This document shows positions 59,596 to 64,000 of a stretch of DNA of 64,000 nt, piece by piece. Each line of letters opens with the position of its first letter. Position 1 is the first letter of the stretch. The stretch is taken from the IMG/VR virus record IMGVR_UViG_3300020196_000003; one strand, 5' to 3'. The notes beneath the pieces are model-generated. The model saw only the letters and a program-made list of their open reading frames with translations, was not told the origin of the DNA and searched no databases. The position numbers and the translations under genes are program-made. This stretch comes from a virus.

Positions 59596-60522
59596 CTAAA
59601 GAGACTTTCCAAATGTTGCGGTTATTCCTGGATATTGGGCTTTAGCTTGTTGTAATAATTTTGGTGTATTTTTTATTGTTGTCGCGATTGAATTATTATC
59701 CTTAGCTTCAAGTCTACCTGTTTTTAGATTTGGGTCGTTATACATAGTATTTAATTGATTAATTTTATCCTCTATTTCTTGTTGACTACCCATAGGAGAT
59801 GAAGAAACTAATGTAAATAACTCACTATAAAGTTTATTGAAAGGCTCCGAAAATGAAGCTGCCGAAGTTTTTGCCTCTAAGTTTTTGGCATTTGCAGCTG
59901 CGGTTCTAGCATCCATATCGGCCTTCTCTTTAGCCGCCTCAGCATCTTTTACTTTTTGAGCATCTGCGTCAGCAGTTGCTTGAGCTTGTTGTTGTTTTTC
60001 AGCCGCTTGAGCATTCATATAAATAGAACATTGATTGTTATAATCCCAATATGTTTTAGCGTTCAGTTTTGGACAATTTTCAGCTCTCCAATTATTAACA
60101 AATGAATACGCAGAACTACAATTTTTTTGTAGTATTTGTTCCCAATTTCCATGCAATATTGTGTTGTTTCTTACATCATTGTAATTTTGATCCATTAGGG
60201 ACCCTGTTTTGAAAATTGTAGGGCTGACATCGACCTCTTTTTTACTTGCTCTTGGGTCTCTTATACAGTTATAATAAAGTGTAATCCCATTTATATCTAC
60301 AAGTTGGACGAAAGTCGCCCCTCCAGCCGCCTTTAATCCGCCTGTATTAGAATCGGTAGTATCTGCAGGTGATATACTTCTAATTCCAGCATTTTTTAAT
60401 TCTTTACCGCTACCATCATCATCGCCAGAAGCTTCATTAAGAACCCATTCTTTTCTAACGGCTCTTTTGTGCATTTCTAAAATTCGGTTTTTTTCTGATT
60501 CTGATATTAAAAATTTTTTCAT
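59596..60522 (-). CDS. Hypothetical protein with N-terminal leader (possible head cargo)
   Basis: MKKFLISESEKNRILEMH...VLNE leader; Ala/Gln-rich coil. Confidence 0.65.
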   Translation of the reverse strand: MKKFLISESEKNRILEMHKRAVRKEWVLNEASGDDDGSGKELKNAGIRSISPADTTDSNTGGLKAAGGATFVQLVDINGITLYYNCIRDPRASKKEVDVSPTIFKTGSLMDQNYNDVRNNTILHGNWEQILQKNCSSAYSFVNNWRAENCPKLNAKTYWDYNNQCSIYMNAQAAEKQQQAQATADADAQKVKDAEAAKEKADMDARTAAANAKNLEAKTSAASFSEPFNKLYSELFTLVSSSPMGSQQEIEDKINQLNTMYNDPNLKTGRLEAKDNNSIATTIKNTPKLLQQAKAQYPGITATFGKSL

Positions 60523-60627
60523 ATGTTTTTTATTTAATTATAAATACACCAAAAAAAAATAAAAAGTTTTTTTTTATTTAATTTTTTATATACCTTTGTT
60601 TTATTATCAATTTAAAACACAATTATT

Positions 60628-61050
60628 ATGAAAACTTATTTCTTATCAATTCTTTTATTCTTCTTCTCTTTTTCTTTTTCTCAAAAAATAGTAATTGAGA
60701 TGTTTGAAAGACAAGAAATGGTTTCATTTAGAAGCACAACTTTAGATTCGGTCTTGATGAGTCCTGATATTTTACGTGATCCTGAGTCAACAAAAACAAC
60801 TTATGTAATTGACTTGAGTGATGAAACATCCTCTTATTATGTAAATGATGAATTTTTAAGTGTATTACCAATAAAAACCATAAAAACAAATGATGGATTG
60901 TTGATTGTGAAAATTTTGGAAGAAGGGTTTGATTACGGTTTAATTATTCACATAAGTCAAAAACAGGATAATGTTCTATGGTATTGGAATTCTGTGGGAA
61001 TGACCACCGTAAAAAAAACAAATAAGTTTAATATTATTAAATCCTCTTAA
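60628..61050 (+). CDS. Hypothetical secreted protein
   Basis: Signal-peptide-like MKTYFLSILLFFFSFSFSQ (Bacteroidota-type Q at +1). Confidence 0.65.
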   Translation: MKTYFLSILLFFFSFSFSQKIVIEMFERQEMVSFRSTTLDSVLMSPDILRDPESTKTTYVIDLSDETSSYYVNDEFLSVLPIKTIKTNDGLLIVKILEEGFDYGLIIHISQKQDNVLWYWNSVGMTTVKKTNKFNIIKSS

Positions 61051-61085
61051 AACTCAAATCCTGATCTGTTTTGGATTGGGGTTTT

Positions 61086-61208
61086 TTATTTTTGAGTTGG
61101 TACCACTAAATTTTTCACTACTTGTTCGGTCAATTGTTGTCTTTCGTTGATAACTCGTCTTACAATACGAGTTAAATCTGATTCTGTAAGTCTTATGACT
61201 CTTTTCAT
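61086..61208 (-). CDS. 40-aa peptide consisting mostly of the leader motif (not in the ORF track)
   Basis: MKRVIRLTESDLTRIVRRVINERQQLTEQVVKNLVVPTQK*, with TATTTAT upstream and a hairpin downstream. Confidence 0.65.
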   Translation of the reverse strand: MKRVIRLTESDLTRIVRRVINERQQLTEQVVKNLVVPTQK

Positions 61209-61267
61209 AACTAATTTATTTTATAAATACTTTGTTAAGTTGAAAACTTTTATTTATTTTTGTATAA

Positions 61268-62296
61268 ATGAATATGAACACAACAAAACTTAAAGAACTA
61301 TTATCGGTTCCAACCAAAACTTATCAAGAAGATAAGATGGTAGATTATATACTAAATGAACTTTCAAAATTAGATGGCATTAAAGTTACATGTGATGAAC
61401 ATAAAAACATATATGCAACCAAAGGCATATTAAATGAAGGTGAATTTTATCCCATGTTTATTTCTCATACCGACACGGTTCATAATCTTGTGGATGAAAT
61501 CATTGTTAAAGAAGAATACCTTTCAAGACCATATACTTTTGGAAAAGATTTTGGAAATGAAAAAGTATTATGTTTAAAGGCTTATGATAAAAACAATAAA
61601 CCAACTGGTATTGGTGGTGATGATAAATGTGGAATTTTTATTTGTTTAGAATTACTTAAACAATTAGATAAAGTAAAAGTCGCATTTTTTGTTTCAGAAG
61701 AAACGGGTTGTCATGGGTCAAGAAACTTAGATAAGGACTTTTTAAAAGATGTTGGGTATTGTACCCAATATGATGCTCCTGGTGATCACTTGATTTCTTA
61801 TAGTTGTTCAGGAACAATATTATTTGATAAAAATGGTGAGTTTTTCCCTTTGGCATTACAAGCGATCTCAGAGGGTTTTGAAAATGAAATGATGGTTCAA
61901 TCACACCCTTATACCGATATTATGATGGTTAAACAATATGGTGATTTTTCTTGTATCAACATGTCATGTGGTTATTATAATATGCATACAACAAATGAAT
62001 TCGTATCAATCTCGGATGTTGAAAGGGCGATTGTTGCAGGAAAAAATATGGTTGATAAGTTGGGTTTAAAAAAATATGAATTCAAAGAAGAAATTAAACC
62101 CCAACCAAGCATTTTTGATTTTCAAGATGATAAACCTTTTTATGATGAAGTTCATCAATTATCCACAGTTGATGTAATAGAAGAAAAGAATGGTATAATA
62201 ATTTCAGATCTATACGACGAAAACCAACTTTATATCGATGATGAAGACGGATATAAATTATACGAGATTCTAAAATATCGTTATTCGTTAGATTAG
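61268..62296 (+). CDS. Zinc metallopeptidase (M20/M28-like)
   Basis: SHTDTVH, GGDDKCG, EETG, D, YNMHT metal-ligand pattern. Confidence 0.8.
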   Translation: MNMNTTKLKELLSVPTKTYQEDKMVDYILNELSKLDGIKVTCDEHKNIYATKGILNEGEFYPMFISHTDTVHNLVDEIIVKEEYLSRPYTFGKDFGNEKVLCLKAYDKNNKPTGIGGDDKCGIFICLELLKQLDKVKVAFFVSEETGCHGSRNLDKDFLKDVGYCTQYDAPGDHLISYSCSGTILFDKNGEFFPLALQAISEGFENEMMVQSHPYTDIMMVKQYGDFSCINMSCGYYNMHTTNEFVSISDVERAIVAGKNMVDKLGLKKYEFKEEIKPQPSIFDFQDDKPFYDEVHQLSTVDVIEEKNGIIISDLYDENQLYIDDEDGYKLYEILKYRYSLD

Positions 62297-62298
62297 TT

Positions 62299-63423
62299 TT
62301 AATCAATTCTATACTCAGTCGGGTTAAATAAACCTGGCTGAGTTACCATTGCAATCACACTATCAACATCTGATACACCTATTTTTGTTGGGATTTGTTG
62401 TGAGGTCCCAACTCTAAATGTTACTTTAAGTGTTTCAGGATCTACCTTTACAACTTTAAGGTAATGTTTTTTATCGGGTAATTTTTTGAAACTAAATAAT
62501 CCGAGTTTTCTAATTTTTTTCATTACTTCGAGATAATCTGAATCAATATCCTCATAAGCCCTTTCAATATACTCATCCATCAAGTCTTCCAATTTTTCAC
62601 AAGTCTCACTTTCGAAAATCTCATTATCCCAAACAGTATGTTCAATCTCATAATACTCAGGTGGGTGACCACTAAAACCCTTTTCAACTGAGTTAAATAA
62701 CAAGTCCAACACATTCTCATCAAAATCACCTTTATCAATAAATAACTGAACAAGATTTCCCCAACTTATAAAATAGGTTCTAAAACATCCTGCTCTTCCA
62801 CCCCAATTTTCAATACCAAATTGTTTCAAACTATCACAATAGGTGTCTTTCATCAAGTCTGATGCACCTTGTAAGGTTGCACGATCTTTTCCTCTACAAA
62901 CTATCTCGTCAATTTCATCACCGAGTTCAGGAAAAAACTTATCAAGTATACTTGTAATATGGCCTGCACCATCATAGTACAAACGACCGTTAGGGTGTAT
63001 TCTAAAATCTTTACTTGTAGATGGATCTAGAAACTCTGCAAGTTGTTTTAGTTTCATTGTTGCAGAGTCACAAAAATAATCTAAGGTATATCCCTCATGC
63101 CAATCGTCGTACGCTCTATCTTGACACTCACCATAAAAGTCCCAATTACCATAATACATTCTATCGTAGTTAACTGCATCCCATTCACCATCAGAATTCT
63201 CACTATATGTTTCAGGAAAGAAAAACTTCAAAAACTTTTCTAAATCATCAAAATGGAACATTAAACCATGTGCGGTTACTTCAACAGTATCTCTGAAGTT
63301 ATTTCCATCTTTATTATAGAACTCAACATCATTATAATCTAACTTTTTTTTATTTAAAAGTAGAATTTTTCTGAAATCTTCTAGATCATCTATGTCGTTT
63401 TCTATAAGAAGTCTTTTTTTCAT
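62299..63423 (-). CDS. Hypothetical acidic phage protein
   Basis: 374-aa ORF after TATTTAT. Confidence 0.7.
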   Translation of the reverse strand: MKKRLLIENDIDDLEDFRKILLLNKKKLDYNDVEFYNKDGNNFRDTVEVTAHGLMFHFDDLEKFLKFFFPETYSENSDGEWDAVNYDRMYYGNWDFYGECQDRAYDDWHEGYTLDYFCDSATMKLKQLAEFLDPSTSKDFRIHPNGRLYYDGAGHITSILDKFFPELGDEIDEIVCRGKDRATLQGASDLMKDTYCDSLKQFGIENWGGRAGCFRTYFISWGNLVQLFIDKGDFDENVLDLLFNSVEKGFSGHPPEYYEIEHTVWDNEIFESETCEKLEDLMDEYIERAYEDIDSDYLEVMKKIRKLGLFSFKKLPDKKHYLKVVKVDPETLKVTFRVGTSQQIPTKIGVSDVDSVIAMVTQPGLFNPTEYRID

Positions 63424-63506
63424 ATATTTATAAATATATTGTCAAAGTGAAATCTTTGTATTATATTTGTTCTATAGTTCTTTGAAAATAGTCATTTAAG
63501 ATATAT

Positions 63507-63913
63507 GGGCCTATATCGGATTTGACGGGCGTTGGTTGAATAAAAGAAGCATGTCGGGTCTGAATTAAACTCGTTAAAAACTGATTCGAACAACAATTGG
63601 CAATGTGCTAAACAAAATGGAAACTCTTGGTTTACTAAGAGGTTCTGAAGTTACTGTAGCTTAATAAGATACGGAAACGCGAGCCGGTTCACATACGCTC
63701 AGGAACAGAAGTGATAAAAGTGGATTACCATTAAACTATAAATTGAGTGGTTCATTGGTTGTTAGTTTACGATGGTAAAGAACAAACTAACCTTGTTTTT
63801 GATCAGGACAAAATCAAATATTTTGGGGTATTAGAAAATACCAACCTAAACATGTAGTTGTCTTTTAGACAAGACGAGCCGGACGAGGGAGTCGGAGCCC
63901 TCTAGGTCCACCA
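63507..63913 (+). ncRNA. ssrA: tmRNA
   Basis: 5' GGGCCTA pairs with TAGGTCC-ACCA (G3:U wobble, Ala identity); GGATTTGAC 5' motif; T-stem GAGGG/CCCTC; internal tag ORF ending in two TAA. Confidence 0.9.
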
Positions 63914-63917
63914 ACTG

Positions 63918-63949
63918 ATCCCATCATTTAATTATGGTGGGATTTTTTT
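63918..63949 (+). terminator. Terminator after the tmRNA
   Basis: ATCCCATCAT...ATGGTGGGAT followed by a T run. Confidence 0.75.
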
Positions 63950-64000
63950 ATGCCCTCGAAATTTTTGTTTGTTTGATTGTGATTTTTTTAAGCACAAAAA

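Noticed and set aside
1-64000. Stop-codon reassignment (TAG or TGA), as in some large phages
   Set aside because: Genes are intact under code 11. TAG ends genes at natural boundaries (622, 5695, 62296), and TGA stops overlap the next start (13313, 19068, 34169).

Overview
AT-rich fragment of a large (jumbo/huge-type) T4-like tailed phage genome using the standard genetic code. The host is most likely in Bacteroidota, inferred from TAnnTTTG promoters, a Bacteroidota-type bS21, a DUF4494-like gene and the lack of obvious Shine-Dalgarno sites. Layout: (i) 0.6-5.2 kb, a GT4 + TibC/Aah-like O-heptosyltransferase + FkbM fusion, a GT9 gene and a broken GT4 paralog, beside Pro/Thr- and Cys-rich putative virion proteins. 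(ii) 10.7-31.6 kb, a ~21 kb co-directional glycan island (GT2/4/10/11/25, Gmd, Fcl, perosamine synthase-like, TagD-like, sugar methyltransferase, HAD-nucleotidyltransferase) with dUTPase, exonuclease, PhoH and a gp55-like sigma factor. The island shows homopolymer frameshifts and deletion scars. (iii) 32-53 kb, baseplate and head morphogenesis genes (gp5-like, MCP gp23, scaffold with a perfect 21-nt repeat, protease gp21, portal gp20, terminase gp17), with ribosomal protein bS21 embedded on the opposite strand. (iv) 53-64 kb, a proteostasis/translation block: nucleotidyltransferase, KTSC, DnaK, N-domain-less ClpC, zinc peptidase, and a tmRNA with an atypical 21-codon tag and T-loop. Best candidates for undescribed biology: a phage-autonomous virion O-glycosylation system with a possible [ST][GA]xT sequon; a late promoter TATTTAT coupled to N-terminal helix-[IL]xE capsid-targeting leaders; and a tmRNA-tag/ClpC proteolysis circuit. 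All functional calls come from motif recognition by eye, and no database searches were run.
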